In this document: positions 1-13,102 of the stretch, one piece after another | How the letters are laid out: each line of letters starts with the position of its first letter | Numbering within the stretch: the first letter of the stretch is position 1 | DNA from: Lepidodermella squamata | Lineage: Eukaryota > Animalia > Gastrotricha | DNA length: 64,000 bases | Direction: 5' to 3' | Assembly: GCA_047495785.1 (NCBI GenBank) | Contig: JBLDXI010000007.1 | Span: forward strand, 4,092,001 to 4,156,000 | Translations under genes and position numbers: made by a program | Notes under the pieces: model-generated | Databases searched by the model: none | What the model saw: the letters and a program-made list of their open reading frames with translations, nothing else | What the model was told of the DNA's origin: nothing

Positions 1-1278
1 TATTCAGGGGTTTGCCGTGAAGCCCAGCGTTGCGAACCGATTGGGTAGCAAATTCTCGCATGAAAAGCAGGTGAATAAACATACGCCGCGTTCACATATC
101 CTAGTCGTGTGGATTGAGCATTGATAGGCGCGACTAGTATTTTATTTACCGCAATGTATTTTCTGAAAATTTACTGATTCTCCATCCCAAGCTTTAGAAA
201 ATGGATATTCTGTAACAGCTTTGCTTAAATTTTAGGACTAATTGCTTCAAATTATAGAAAAAGGCACCTCAATTGCGGATCATCGCATCGATCATCGCAT
301 CGATTGAAGTGAATTCTCATAGCTATGAGATAACTCGATTTCGAGACATTTATTCGGGAAAATAGAAGAAAATCCTGAACATTATCGTGTACTCAAATTA
401 TATGTTCTGATAATGCTTCTAAATGAAAATGACATTCCAGATCGCGATAGGGCTTATAATGTTGCAAAAATTTGTCAGGCTCAAACTGTTTTTGAAAAAT
501 CAGAAAATGAGATCAAAATAAAGCACCGACGATGGCACGCGTTCAGCTCACCACGAGAGCTGTCACCACCTGTCCATGGTTTGATTTTTAATAGGGCGTT
601 CTCACTTCAAAAGTTTATTTTTGAAACTTTACAATAACAAAAACTAGTTTGCTCTAGTTATCTTCAGGACTCTTATCTAACTATGTATTTTAACCTTTTA
701 CTGTTACAAAATTTCGATGGCTAGCTTTTCAGAGTGTTAGGGACGGTGTATCACAGGCCAAGTCAGCCGTGGCATTCTCGCGATCCCCAAATTGTATTTT
801 TTTCATACTGCGATGTATTTAATCAATATTTCAGAAATTATGAATTGCGTAGCGTGAAATGGTTCAGGTTTGGTATCACATTGCGAACCCACAACCCCAC
901 AACCAAAAATTAAATTGTGCCTGGCTAATGACCTAATCGACACCGTTAACTGGGCCAGGTTCATTAGCACAAGCTAGCATTTTAGCTCAATTTTGCCTCA
1001 CAAATTGGAAATAGAGCTGATTAATGTAGCACGACCTAATAAACCTTCCCCCAATACTTCCTATGACCATTAATTCCTTATTTTCTTGCATCCCATACTA
1101 AAATTTGGATTGCGCTCCAAATTAAATTTCACGGCACGAGTTGTTTGCCACTCATTCATTATTAATCAATTTTCAACAACATTTACGCTCGCCGTAAAAT
1201 ACGTGAAAAAATTACTTTTGTTGTTTACATCATTTTTTTGTTTTATTTAGATACAAGATTTTATATTCGCAACTAATT

Positions 1279-2400
1279 ATGTCAAAATCAGAGGTGAAAA
1301 CCTACGCACTCGGTGATAAGGATAACATCGATGTTAGCGAGATCATCAAACCCGACAAAACGCGAACTCGCTGGGAGTATTTCATCGAAGCGCCGCAATT
1401 TCTTCAAAACCTTCTCGTGCCACTCATGAACGACAAACGCGACATGCCTATGCTGCATCTCATGTTCAACTTGACAGCCTTCATGCTACCCTACGCCATT
1501 GCCCTCTTCGTAGCCCCGATCAACATCTACTACCACATAGCTGCGGTTATTTATGTGACTCTTAACGTTGCTGTTTTTCTGAAGCGATTCGTCCTATGGA
1601 TGCATTACAGTGCTCACAAGAAGACCTACTCAAAATCTCACCCGCTCGGCCGGTTTCTCAATCACTATTGTACCGTTTTCATGTCTCCAATCTTCGGAAT
1701 TCCGCCTGGTTGTTACCACCTTCACCATGTTGTTATGCACCATTGCGAGAACAATTTATTCCCATACGACGTCAGCAGCACGGAGCCGTACGACCGCAGC
1801 AATTTCCTCCATTTCCTACACTACTTTGTCCGCTACTGGACTGCTCTGTGGATCGAACTGCCGTACTACGCCTTCAAAAAAGGCCGCTACGCCCTCATGT
1901 CTTTCGCCGTGACGTGCGAGATCACGTACCTGAGCTCCGTCTACATGTTGTACCAAATCAATGCAACAGCAACGATTTACGTTGTCATCTTGCCATTCTT
2001 CTTCGCGGCTTACCTGCTGATGTTCGGCAACTTCTCGCAGCACATCTTCATCGACCCAGCTAACCCGAGGTCAAACTACAAGTTGGCGATCAATGTCATC
2101 AATTGCGAGGACAACATGGTGACGTTCAACGATGGCTACCACATCATTCACCACATCAACTCGAAGCTTCACTGGACGGAGCTGCCGGATAAATTTACGG
2201 AAACCTTGGACAAACACCTCGAAGAGGAAGCGTTCATTTTCGACGGCCTTGGCTTCTTCGACGTTGGCGTTCTAGTATTCACGCGACAGTTCAACAAGCT
2301 CGCGAATCATCTCGTGCAACTTGGCGGTAAAAAGCGGTCCAAGGACGAGCTGGTTAAATTGATGAAAGAGCGCCTACAGCCGATTCACTACAAGGGATAA
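1279..2400 (+). CDS. Membrane fatty-acid desaturase/hydroxylase-family protein, intronless CDS, 373 aa
   Basis: Three His boxes (HYSAH, HLHHVVMHH, HIIHH), an additional QH, and several TM segments. The HHxENN...DxSST motif resembles a fungal/protist/bacterial desaturase subfamily (from recall). Possible 5'UTR intron 1194-1250. Confidence 0.85.
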   Translation: MSKSEVKTYALGDKDNIDVSEIIKPDKTRTRWEYFIEAPQFLQNLLVPLMNDKRDMPMLHLMFNLTAFMLPYAIALFVAPINIYYHIAAVIYVTLNVAVFLKRFVLWMHYSAHKKTYSKSHPLGRFLNHYCTVFMSPIFGIPPGCYHLHHVVMHHCENNLFPYDVSSTEPYDRSNFLHFLHYFVRYWTALWIELPYYAFKKGRYALMSFAVTCEITYLSSVYMLYQINATATIYVVILPFFFAAYLLMFGNFSQHIFIDPANPRSNYKLAINVINCEDNMVTFNDGYHIIHHINSKLHWTELPDKFTETLDKHLEEEAFIFDGLGFFDVGVLVFTRQFNKLANHLVQLGGKKRSKDELVKLMKERLQPIHYKG

Positions 2401-3569
2401 GTGGAGCGAATAGTTTAACCTCACTAAAAAACTGTTGCCTATAATTTTATCGAGATCTGTGGTTAAGATTTCTAATTCTCGTTATAGGCGTCCCGTTCTT
2501 TGCCGAGGCTTTCACATTCGATTTACGATATAGGAAATAATGTGGTGTTCAACTTTATCTGTTCGATACATGTTTTCTTCTTACTCTTTCTGCATATTAT
2601 TATATCATTGACGTTTATAGGATTAAATAAATATTTCGTGATTTTAATTCAAATTTTCAGTAATGTGTTTTTGGGCTACTTTGTTAAAACTGATTTTGAA
2701 ACGCATCTGGAACAAAAGTATAAAGTATACACTTTGAACAGCTGCGGATTCTAGTGTAAATCATGGGCATCGATATCATTCAGTAGAGATCGCCCACTAG
2801 CGTGAAAAGGGGGTGTACGCCATGGGCGCCAGATGGTCAGCTGGTTCATCAGAGGCTTGGAGGCCAAGTATAGAAATTATTCGATTCGTTTTTTGCTGGT
2901 TCAGATCACAGTTAGAAAATCTTCCAATTTTTATGGATAGCTCAACGACAAGGGTTTATCTAGACATCTAGCTAAAAAACACCTTGTATCCTCATCTCTT
3001 TATTGCCGGTCGACTTTTTATTCCGTTCTCTCCCTTTTTCATCGTTGTCGACAACAATTCGATATTGGCAAGCAAATTAAGGTGAATTAGAATTCACAAA
3101 TTCACAAATATTAGAAAAGTTAAAGACGATGGCTAGATTCATTAACATGGGCGGAGACGTTGGCAATGAAGGTGTCGTAATTTTCAAAAACATTTTCACG
3201 CCTGCGAACACGGAGAATTTCAGGGCCGTGAATAAAACAGTATTACAACCAAGCTAAACTTTTGGAAAATTTTAAAAACAGTATTTACAACGAAAAATGC
3301 TGTTCAACCGAGGTGGTCGACCACGGTAAAAGCAGAAGTCTCATTGCCAGAGATCGAAGTTTTGGGAAAATATATTAAAGAAAACATTTGGTGACAACTA
3401 TTTCCCTAAGATCAATCGCTTGACGCTGCAATTTAAAACGGTTGTATTCAGATGAAGAGAGAACGGGCAAACCGACGGATTTGCATCCCTGTAAAATAAA
3501 TACCAGAGCTAGATCGACGAAATTTTATTTTTGGAAAAATCACCAATTCGAAATCTGGCTCGCCTTTAG

Positions 3570-4770
3570 TTAGAAAAGGTTCCAGAAACTGGTCGAGCGG
3601 GGTCAGCGGCTTAACGAAGAGCTCCTCGAGGTTGTCGAGAATTGCATTGACCTAGTCTACCCGTAGCAACAATTGCAACTTGTTTCATTAATTATGCAAA
3701 TTCAAATGTTCGAACCAGTGATCAACGTTACCAAGGTATTTAAATTGGAGATAGTTCGAGCGAACAAGAACTGACTTCGAGGAAATAACCGCGCTCAATT
3801 GCAGCTATAGGAATGAATATAGACCACCTGTCGCCGTTCTGTTTTTCTTCACGGATCAACTGCTGAACGCCGTTGTTAGCGCCGGCGTAGGCAGCCGCAC
3901 CATCAAAGCCGCAGGAGGACATGTCGTCGATCGTGAGATTCGAATTGGCCAGCACAACCTTGAGGTCGTCGAACAGCGACAAGGCGGACGTGTCCATAAC
4001 CCGGCTTAGACCCAGGAAAACTTCACATACTTCGCCGTTCTCATCCAAGTATCGACCCACGTGAGAAACTTGCTCGTCTGTAGTTTCATCGCCCATGTAG
4101 GTGAAGGCGCCGTACTCAGCGACTGATTTGTTGATCTTTGAGAAAAAATAGGCGATAATGCAAGAAAAAAGAAATTTTGAAAAATACCTTCGCAATTTCT
4201 GACTTCTTGATAAATTCTCCAAAAGTCTCCAACAGCATGGTGATCGTGCTAGTTGAGAGATAGGTCGCGTTGGCAGGCAGCGACTGAAGCCACTTCAACA
4301 GGTCTGGGCTGATTTCACAGTGAGTAGAAAGCAACGGCATGTAGCGTGAGGAATTTCTTGCACAAATAGGAAGTAGGCGACCACCAGCAGCATCGAAAAA
4401 AGACGCCTTTTAAGTCAACCAATATCCGCTTGGCTTGGGTCAATGCCACGTTAATTGCCGTCAGCTCATTGCCAGCCAGCTTAAAAAAATCAAAATTAAT
4501 ATTAAAAAAAAATTGCTTCGAAATATTGTAAAAATATTGAAAAATACTGACCCCAACTGCTAATTTGGGGTTAGCACTTTTGCCGTGTGTTTTCGCTTTC
4601 TCGGCCAACTTGTTGCGTTTTCGCTTTTCGCACGAAACGGTTACCCAAGTGCCGCCAGAACGACCGTGTCGATTTCCTCCTCTATGTCCAATATATCATG
4701 TGACGTGGGTGCAGCATACGTCTGGGGTAAATATTCCGTTCTCAAACGGCAAGTGAAGTCATTATTCTAA
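3570..4770 (-). mobile_element. Degenerate hAT-family (DUF4371/ZMYM1-like) transposase, 5' half
   Basis: Motifs NATYLS, GDETTD..EQ...RY....EVFLG and GFDGAAAYAG.NNGVQ spread over several frames with short introns and frameshifts. Ends not found, so boundaries are approximate. Confidence 0.7.
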
Positions 4771-5707
4771 CTGCCACTTAGTCAGCTATCCCGTGTCTTA
4801 GCACGAAATCATGTACGGCCAATGAGTATCATGCCGCCGCCCACGAGCTAAATGAACTCTGCTCAATCCATGGGATGTGCGTGGGGAAGGATGTGGAGGA
4901 CCACAGATTTAAACGCACGCCCTTTGCCCGTCAACGTTTGTATTTCGCTCTTTGCCAAGCCTCATCGGCTCAAGGCTCAAGCATCTGTGCGTTTTTCAAG
5001 TTTTTATCAACCATTTCAACTATAAGAAGTGCCTATTTGTGCATAATTATGTGGTATATTTTAACTATTTGTACATAATTTTTGAAATTGAACAGCGTTA
5101 TTTCGCGGTTTTCTTGGTTAGGGTTAGGATTAGTTTTGAAAACAGTTTCTGTGCAAATAGGGGCACTATTTCTGGGCCCATTATTATTTCTGGTAAGCTT
5201 GCGGAGGACGTTTTCAATGGCCGGTTCATTCTTCAGTAATCGAACGATCTATTCGATAGCTGATATATGTTATAACTATCGTCGACATTTTACAAATAAC
5301 GGATTTGAGTGAGAAGTCCAGGGTGCTAACATTTAGTAATGTGAAAATAGCCTTACCCGTAGTCTGTTACAAGTAGATCTTCAGCTAATAACTAAGCCAC
5401 TAGTTTTCGGACCAATTATGCTGAAAAAAATACGTGGATACATAGACCTCAAATTATACTAGTTTGTTCACAAACCATGCTATTTTGGAATGTAGGTAAC
5501 ATAAAAACTGGGCTTTAACACGTTCATTCACCGCCATTAGCACGTGTTGTAATCTAAAATTAACGCTTAACAATAGCAGGTAAAGCGCAACAACCGCCCA
5601 CTGGCAGAATGCCAGAGGATATCCATGGGGAAGGAAGAGGAGGAGAGCGCGTATTTATAGCTTGCGCAGTCTGAGAGACTACAACCGTTGCAAATTCTGT
5701 ACGAAAA

Positions 5708-6822
5708 ATGGCACCCATCGTAGAGACGTACAGTGTCGGCGATCGACAAAATCTCGACATTAAGGACATTATCAAGCCGGATAAAACGACGCAACGAACT
5801 GAATACATCTTCGAGGCTCCGCAGTTCTTCCTAAATCTTCTCGTACCTCTCCTGAGAGACAAACGCGATGTACTGATGATCCACATTATGTTCAACGTCA
5901 GCGTTACCGTCGTACCATTCGCCATTGCGCTCATCCTAGCCCCAGTCAACGGTTACTTCCATATCGCAGCTGTTAGTTACATTTTCCTGCTGTTTGGGGC
6001 CTTTCCTCGCCGATTTCTGCTTTGGCTGCACTACAGCGTTCACAAGGCGACCTATGACAAGAAGAAGTTGATCGGGCGACTTTTGAACGAGTACAACCAC
6101 CACCTCATTTCACCCTTGTTCGGCGTACCACCAGGTGGCTACTATACGCCCATCACATCGTTATGCACCACTGCGAAAATAATTTGTTCCCGACTGATTT
6201 GTCGAGCACGGAACCTTACGACAGGGGAAATTTTCTCCACTTCCTCGTCTACTACCTCCGATATTCAGCTGGAGTCTGGTTCGAATTGCCTTACTATGCG
6301 TTCAAAAAACAGCGATACGCCCTGGCTATGAGGGTTGTTGCTACGCTAGCAATTTATCTCGGCTGCCTGTACAAGTTGTACCAGTTCAACCCGGCTGCGA
6401 CAATTTATTTGTTTATCATTCCGTATTTCATCAACTCTTTCGCGTTGATGCTCGGCAATTTCAGCCAACACATCTTCATCGACCCGGCTGACCCGCAAAA
6501 TACGTACAAATTAGCGATTAATTGCATCAATATTGACGGGCCCATGTACTACGATGGCTACCACATAGTCCATCATTTGAATTCGACGCTGCACTGGTCG
6601 GAGATGCCTGACCGGTTTGAGGCCACGCTGGAAAAATACATCGAGGCGGATTCGGTTATTTTCGATGGCATTGATATTTTCGACATAGCATTCAAGGTTT
6701 TCACGGGGCAGTTTGAAGATCTGGCTCGTCACCTGGTTCAGTTTGGCGACAGAAAGCGAAGCACGGAAGAATTGGTCAGTTTCATGAAGGAACGCCTAAA
6801 GCCTATTCGGCATGAGTTTTAA
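5708..6822 (+). pseudogene. Second desaturase paralogue, frameshifted
   Basis: Colinear with 1279-2400. An extra TA at 6143-6144 (TAC-TA-TAC-GCC-CAT-CAC) breaks the frame just before His box 2; removing it restores GGYYAHHIVMHH. Confidence 0.8.
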
Positions 6823-7839
6823 CAACAAGGCAGCCTCGCTACAGTTATTTATTAGCTATCCAGTGAAATAATAGGTAATAGGAATAAGACTGTTAAATAA
6901 ATCTAAAAATGTAAGTGATCAATAAAGCTACTCTCGGCAGCACGGCCAGCCACTTTAGCTGCTTCTTACGCGTTTTTGCCAAAAGGCGGTGACACTGTTT
7001 GACTTTCAGAGTTGCTCTTGTCATAGTGTATGTTTCCTTGGGCCCTAAGGCCATTGCCTAACTCGATGACATGCGGAATCTTGGAAAAATAAATCGCTGG
7101 AGTAAACTGGTAAAATATACGGTTTAATAAAAAATAAGGCAATTAGGTGAAAGGCAGGGCCGACTAGTTTTACTATTCATCCTTTCATCGCCACCGACTG
7201 CAGTAGAATTTCATTGCCATGACTCTTTCCATTATTATATGTTCACAATGTTTAAATATTAATCAACAACATTAAACAACATTAATAGGTATGTATTTCA
7301 TTCAACTTACTTTTACAACTTCAACTTCTTAGTGTTATCATTTTATAACTTCGTTCACGTAAAATTACTGCTTTTTATTGCACATGTAGCCTATTTTCGA
7401 ATACCGCCAGTTCTTGAACAATTGCATATGTATCGGACCCTTTTTCGGCCGCATTGACTTTTACCGCCTGAGGACATATAAAAAAGCCTGTTGGCTCCTT
7501 CTGCAGCGCTGCCAACGATGTTGCCTAATATGTAAAATCAAAACTTTGGGCATTTTCACTCATTCCTCGAAAAAGTCACAGAAATTTAATCGCCGCAGCC
7601 TTTATTGACGAAGAAAATGACGGTATTTCAATCGAACGTTTTATAGCGCAAATTTTTCGTCATTAATTATGAATCATAGACGCACGTGTATATTGTATAT
7701 ACACTGCACACATGCCTATTCATTGATAATATGGACGCAGCATTGCATCAGTTTTGCTGCGTTATCAGAAATTTTTTATTATCAATTTCCGTACTGGTTA
7801 TTAATCTTATAACATAATTTTAACATTATCCACTTTACA

Positions 7840-9274
7840 ATGGCTCATTCTGCTGTAGAAAAGGCTCTTCTGATTATTGACCTTCAAAACGATTTTGTCT
7901 CGCCCGATGGCCCTTTTGGCAAAACTGCTGTCGACGCGAGCCAAATCGTGGAAAACCTCTCTATGGCCGTGCCAAATTTTCGCAGTGATAACGGGCTGAT
8001 AATTTGGATCAAGTCTCAATACACATGCCAGAATCAGGCGAATCAAGATGCGAGAACAATTATCCTGCAGACCAGTGAAGAATTCGATGGTGTCCCGCCG
8101 AAAGATGAATTTCTATCTGGAACCCACACTTCTTTCCCGTTGTGCGCACCCGGATCATCAGGGGCAGATTTCATCGACGATATTAAGCCGCTAATTCACG
8201 AAAGCGATCGAGTTATTATCAAGACCTTCTACTCCGCTTTTACAAGCACAAATCTAGCCGAAATTCTCGCCAACATCCCCGAGATCCACATCTGCGGTCT
8301 GATGACAAACGTTTGCGTCCTGGCGACTGTGACTGATGCCTACTTTCTTGGCAAGGAGCCAATTTTTGTCTGGACGGATTGTTTGGGCTACCGCAGTGAA
8401 CGGATGCATCGAGTTGCTCTGCAAAAGATGGACAAATTTTACGCAAGACTGGTCACATCGAGCGATTTCCATAACCCGAGTATGGATGGTAAGAAGCCGG
8501 TCCTGTATTACGTGAATGGGTCGATCCCGAACTGGCTAGTGATGATGGCTCTCTATGAGAAGGGAATCGACTTCGCAAAACATCGGCTGAAGGTTTTTCT
8601 CATTTTAAATCGCTATTTCTACAATTAGGTTTTCTTTACAGGTAATGTGTAAGCCGAAGGAAACAAAATCCCCGGAATTTCTGGCAATAAATCCTCGTGG
8701 GAAAACGCCAACCCTAGTCGATTCTGATGGGACGATTGTCTACGAATCTGTCGCGATCCTACACTATCTGGAAACTTTCTACCCTTCAAGCCCTCTTTTA
8801 CCCGATAAAGTCGAGGAAAAAGCAGCCTATTCCGCCGCTATCCAACGAATTCAAGAAGCTGACCATCTTGGCGATGCTTATGAACCTCTTGAAGATGTTG
8901 TTTTCAAAACTCCAAAAGAACTTCAATCTTCTCATGCCGATTTGATCAGATCAACCTTCGCAGCGATTGATACCGAGCTCGAGTTATGGGAAAACTACCT
9001 CCAAAAATCGAATGGATTTGTTGTTGGCGATCGATTCACCTTGGCAGATTGCGCTTTCTACCCGAATCTAGCGTATTTGATTCATCGAGGTCTGGCTTTA
9101 GATGAATCGCGATTTCCGACCTTGATAAAGTACTACAATGCTATCCGGCAGAGGCCTTCAGCTGTGAAATCCCACCCTCGGGGTTGGCGTTCGTGGGGTG
9201 GTCGGGTTAATGTATTCAAAATTGCACGATCCATCGTTGAGTCTTTGCCTAATTACAGCAAAAGAGATCAATAG
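7840..9274 (+). CDS. Isochorismatase (cysteine hydrolase)-glutathione S-transferase fusion, 461 aa; exons 7840-8592 and 8642-9274
   Basis: Catalytic D (IIDLQND), K (IKTFYSAF) and C (TNVCV). A 49-bp GT-AG intron 8593-8641 joins HRLK|VMCK in frame. GST motifs INPRGKTPTL, YES and FTLADC. Confidence 0.85.
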
Positions 9275-9340
9275 CTTGCTTATTCAAGAATTTTCAGAAT
9301 AAATTTGTTGTTGTCTATTTTAGAAATTTATAATTTTATA

Positions 9341-10186
9341 ATGGATCCCAGTTCTATGTTTCAAGGCTTGGATGTGTCTGTATTTGGATCGGGGGATAGT
9401 TTCCTGATAAAAAATGTCTTCCCTCCCGAAGAAGCTGATGCGCTGTTCCAGCAAATCCGCGATGAAGTTCAGTGGAACAAAATGCTACAACGCGGCAGTG
9501 AAGTGCCTCGATTGATCGCGATTCAGGGCACACTAACTGAGCAAGACGAGCCTATCTACCGCCATCCAGCCGACGAACAGCCTGCCTTGGTAAAATGGAC
9601 GCCTGCAGCTCTCAAAATTCGAGATCGAATCAGTGATTTGTTGAAACAAGAGTTGAACCACGCGTTGATTCAGTACTATCGAAACGGCTCAGACAACATT
9701 GGCGAGCATTCGGATAAAACGCTGGATATCAAACTCAATTCGAACATTGTCAACTTCAGTCTGGGAGCGACAAGGCGAATGCATTTGAAGAGCAAGACCA
9801 AAAACGAGCCGCATCAAGTTGTGAGGATGACGCATAACTCTCTGTTCATTCTGGGCTGGCAAACGAATCGCGAATGGCTGCATTCGATACGGCAGGATAA
9901 CCGACCCGATTCTGTTAAATCGAAAGATGAATTGGCTTTCTCAGGCCAGCGAATCTCGCTGACGTTGCGAACTATAGCGACGTTTCGTGATCTGAGGAGT
10001 GGCCGCCTCTATGGGCAGGGTGCTAAGATGACAGAAAAGCTGGAACAATGGCCCGAGGATGTCGACGATAGTCTACAAATGTTGAAGGCATTTTCAGCCG
10101 AAAATCACTCATCGAATGAGTTCGATTGGAATCGTTTTTATGGTTGCGGCTTTGATGCTGTTAATTTCAAAGAACTCAACAGATGA
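9341..10186 (+). CDS. AlkB-type 2OG-Fe(II) dioxygenase
   Basis: HxD (EHSD), distal H (WLH) and RISLTLR motifs; YRHPADEQP and NHALIQYYR. AATAAA at 10192. The first ATG (9341) is taken as the start. Confidence 0.85.
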   Translation: MDPSSMFQGLDVSVFGSGDSFLIKNVFPPEEADALFQQIRDEVQWNKMLQRGSEVPRLIAIQGTLTEQDEPIYRHPADEQPALVKWTPAALKIRDRISDLLKQELNHALIQYYRNGSDNIGEHSDKTLDIKLNSNIVNFSLGATRRMHLKSKTKNEPHQVVRMTHNSLFILGWQTNREWLHSIRQDNRPDSVKSKDELAFSGQRISLTLRTIATFRDLRSGRLYGQGAKMTEKLEQWPEDVDDSLQMLKAFSAENHSSNEFDWNRFYGCGFDAVNFKELNR

Positions 10187-10379
10187 ACTCGAATAAAAAA
10201 TAATCGCTGACTTTTGAGAAATAGTTTATTGAATTTTCAACGTTGCATGTCTAATATTATTTCAAGCAGTGGATCAACCTGGAGATCGGATTGAAACAGC
10301 TTAATGCTTTACTGTCACTTGATCATGTTCCGTCTCTGAATTATTAGATTAGTGAAAATTCGGTGCAGCAGTGTAACCG

Positions 10380-12847
10380 CTAGACCCAAAGGCGCTCGCA
10401 AAAGCAGTAGAGGCGAGAAGAGCAGTCCCTCGTAAAAATAGTCCCATTCTTCATAGCAAGGCCTGAAAAAGGAAAACAGTTAAACCCAGCCAATCTCGAA
10501 TTCGGTCACTTACAATGGCCTGCTGCAAGATTTGGAGGATTCTCAAAGGGTGGATACTGATTGGTCGAATTGAACATGTCTCCGGTCAGCCATCTGAAGG
10601 AGTCGAGGCTTTCACGGCGACCCCCAATGAAAACGACTTTCTCCTCTTCGCGAGGCCATAGGGCTAATAACGCCTTCAAAGATGCGTCAACTGCGGAAGT
10701 TTTAACAACAGGCAGCCGTCGACCTTTAGCCTGGCAAAAGGCTGCATGAGCCGCAAAGTCACCAGAACTCGCCGTGATTTCGAAGACCGCGTCCTATTAG
10801 ATAATAACAAGAGACTGCTATTATTTTCGAGTCATGATGCGAGAAAATGCACAGACATTGTCAGGATACTGGCATGCGACCAGTGCTTTTGTGGCGTTGC
10901 AATCCGCATCGGAGATCATCGATTGGGTCATCGTAAGACCTAATCAAACAAAATATATAAATTATATCTTCACGATTAAATTTTCGAAATTCCTCATAAA
11001 TTCTACTTTCTCTCAAGCTCGCTCTTGCAGGGTACTTAAAACGTTGGCTACGTCCAACTCACATGCGCCAGTTCCACGCGGCTCGTCATATGACCAGAAA
11101 TCTTCGGTCGTGTTGACGATGGACCCGTCCAGCCATCGAAAAACCGCCGAGGCTCCTATCCAGATTTCAGCGTTCTGTGCGAAATCTGGTAGAGTGCTAC
11201 TAGCCGCTAAGATCTCATCCTGAGACTGTATGATAGCAAGCCGCTGGTTTCCTTGGCGAACACAGCCTGCCACAGCTGAAAGCCATTGGCCATTTCCTCC
11301 AAAATAATAACGACCTGCGAATGTAAATAATTGCATGATAACCCACGAATCAATCAGTTGCAGTCAACCGACCTGATTGGCATTGGTTGCCGCTGTAAGC
11401 AGCAGAACATTTGCAAGTTCCAGAAGCCAGCAGTAGGGCACCATTATTCTGGCACTGAGCCTGTTTCCGGATAATGAGCCATTTACCACTATGAGTCGGT
11501 ATAAACTAACTTTTTGCGAAATATTTGCTTGACATGCGGCATAGTTTTCAGCAAATGTCGTTGCAGCAGAAAAGATAGCGAGCTAGTAGTTGACAAATTA
11601 TTCAAATGTGATGAGGAATAAAGATGCCGAATCGTACAGTCTGTGTGTCGGACGGGCATACGCTGTAGCAAATTTCTCCTGCAGATGCTAGACACTTGGC
11701 AGCTCGCTGTAAAGAATAGAAACAACGATATAGTGCACCTTAAATCTCAAAATGAAGAATTTAAAAAAATTAGACTTTAGTAGGCGAAGAAATTACCCAA
11801 CGAAGGCAGTTTGCTTCATTTCTGTAGGTCCCTCGCGACAAGTCTGATATGCCAGAACCGCAACCAGCCGAAGCGAGCCGGCAGCCGACGAAATTATATG
11901 TTGTCGCATCGAAGCAGCGAATATGGGGCTTTTCATCATCGGGAACTTGGACTATGACAGAGCACAACGATGAGAGCAACTCTATTATGGCGTACTCTTA
12001 CCAGCTCCATTCAAGCATGAGTTGAGATTGGCGAACAGCGAATTACCAGCAGTCTTTAATTTTTAAGCTAGGAATTACATTTTCTTTTTTTAAAACCTTA
12101 CCGTGTTCGCGGGGCATGTAAATTTGCCATCAACCTTTGGAACACACGTAACAGTTTGGCCATTGGAGCTACATCGCTGGAATTGTTGGTTCTATAAGTA
12201 CAGATTTAAAAATTTCGACGATTCGCAATGAAACTATCTGCTAAAATCACCCCAAAATTGTTCACTGCGTCCCAGCACGTTTTGAGATTGTTGCTCAGAA
12301 ATACGCTTCCTCGGTATAAGCCAAGCTGTTGCGACGGAAAACGATTGAATTAAGGATGACTGGGATAACAAGCGGCATACAGTGATTTCATCAGTCTCGC
12401 ACTTATCCGCCCCAGTTGTGCACCTGGGTGTGATGGCTGCATATTTGTAGCACATTTTTCCGTTCTAAGTCATGCGAAAAATAGTCACAATTCGCGTATT
12501 CATGACGACAGTTTACCCCGCGAATGCATGCCGTTGAATCTTTAGCAGCATAGCCGACCTTTTCAATAAAAACACATGAAAAATGGTACGAAAAATTAAC
12601 CTTCGAAGCAACTAAAATGTGATAAATAGAATTTAGACCGAGTTTATTGAGACATGAGAGCGAAGAGTTTTCCAAAAACTAGTCGATTTATATATACCTG
12701 ATATTCAGTTAAGGTTCGGCAGGTGGGAGCATCATTGCGGCATTGAACAAATCTGTTATCGAACTGAGAAAAGCAGCGCAGCCAATCGTAGCCGTTCGCT
12801 ACATGGCTCAAAAATGTGAATAGCAATAAGCAACGGTAATGCCTCAT
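10380..12847 (-). CDS. Secreted multi-exon protein: signal peptide, 4-Cys repeats, EGF, two C-type-lectin-like domains (copy 1)
   Basis: Signal MRHYRCLLLFTFLSHVANG; CTLD motifs RLAII, WIGA..FRWLDGS, FIGG...FRWL; last exon ends CFCERLWV*. Exons inferred from GT-AG sites and alignment with copy 2. Confidence 0.75.
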
Positions 12848-13102
12848 AAGTGACAACGAATTTCTATATAGAAACTCACTAGCGAACTTAAAACCCTAAG
12901 CTTAAAATCCAGCAAGACCTGATTATAATACTTCGAACGTCAAATAATGAAACAGGAATTTAATATTGTTTTTCGAATCGTAAAATGATCTTGAACTTTG
13001 CAACTAAACGCGGGCACGCGATCGCAATACGCTCCAGCCATAGCTCCAGCTTATTTTTGTGAATTGCCGGGTGTAAACAACGTTGTTTTCGTAGACAGGA
13101 CA

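Noticed and set aside
1-900. CAGGGGTTTGC hAT-like end and a short tandem duplication near 280-302
   Set aside because: No partner TIR within the window.
1596-2063. Overlapping alternative-frame and antisense ORFs here and elsewhere in the ORF track
   Set aside because: Explained as shadows of codon bias in the real CDSs; no motifs.
5117-5133. GGTTAGGGTTAGG telomere-like repeat (also ~44009)
   Set aside because: Only about two units; too short to call.
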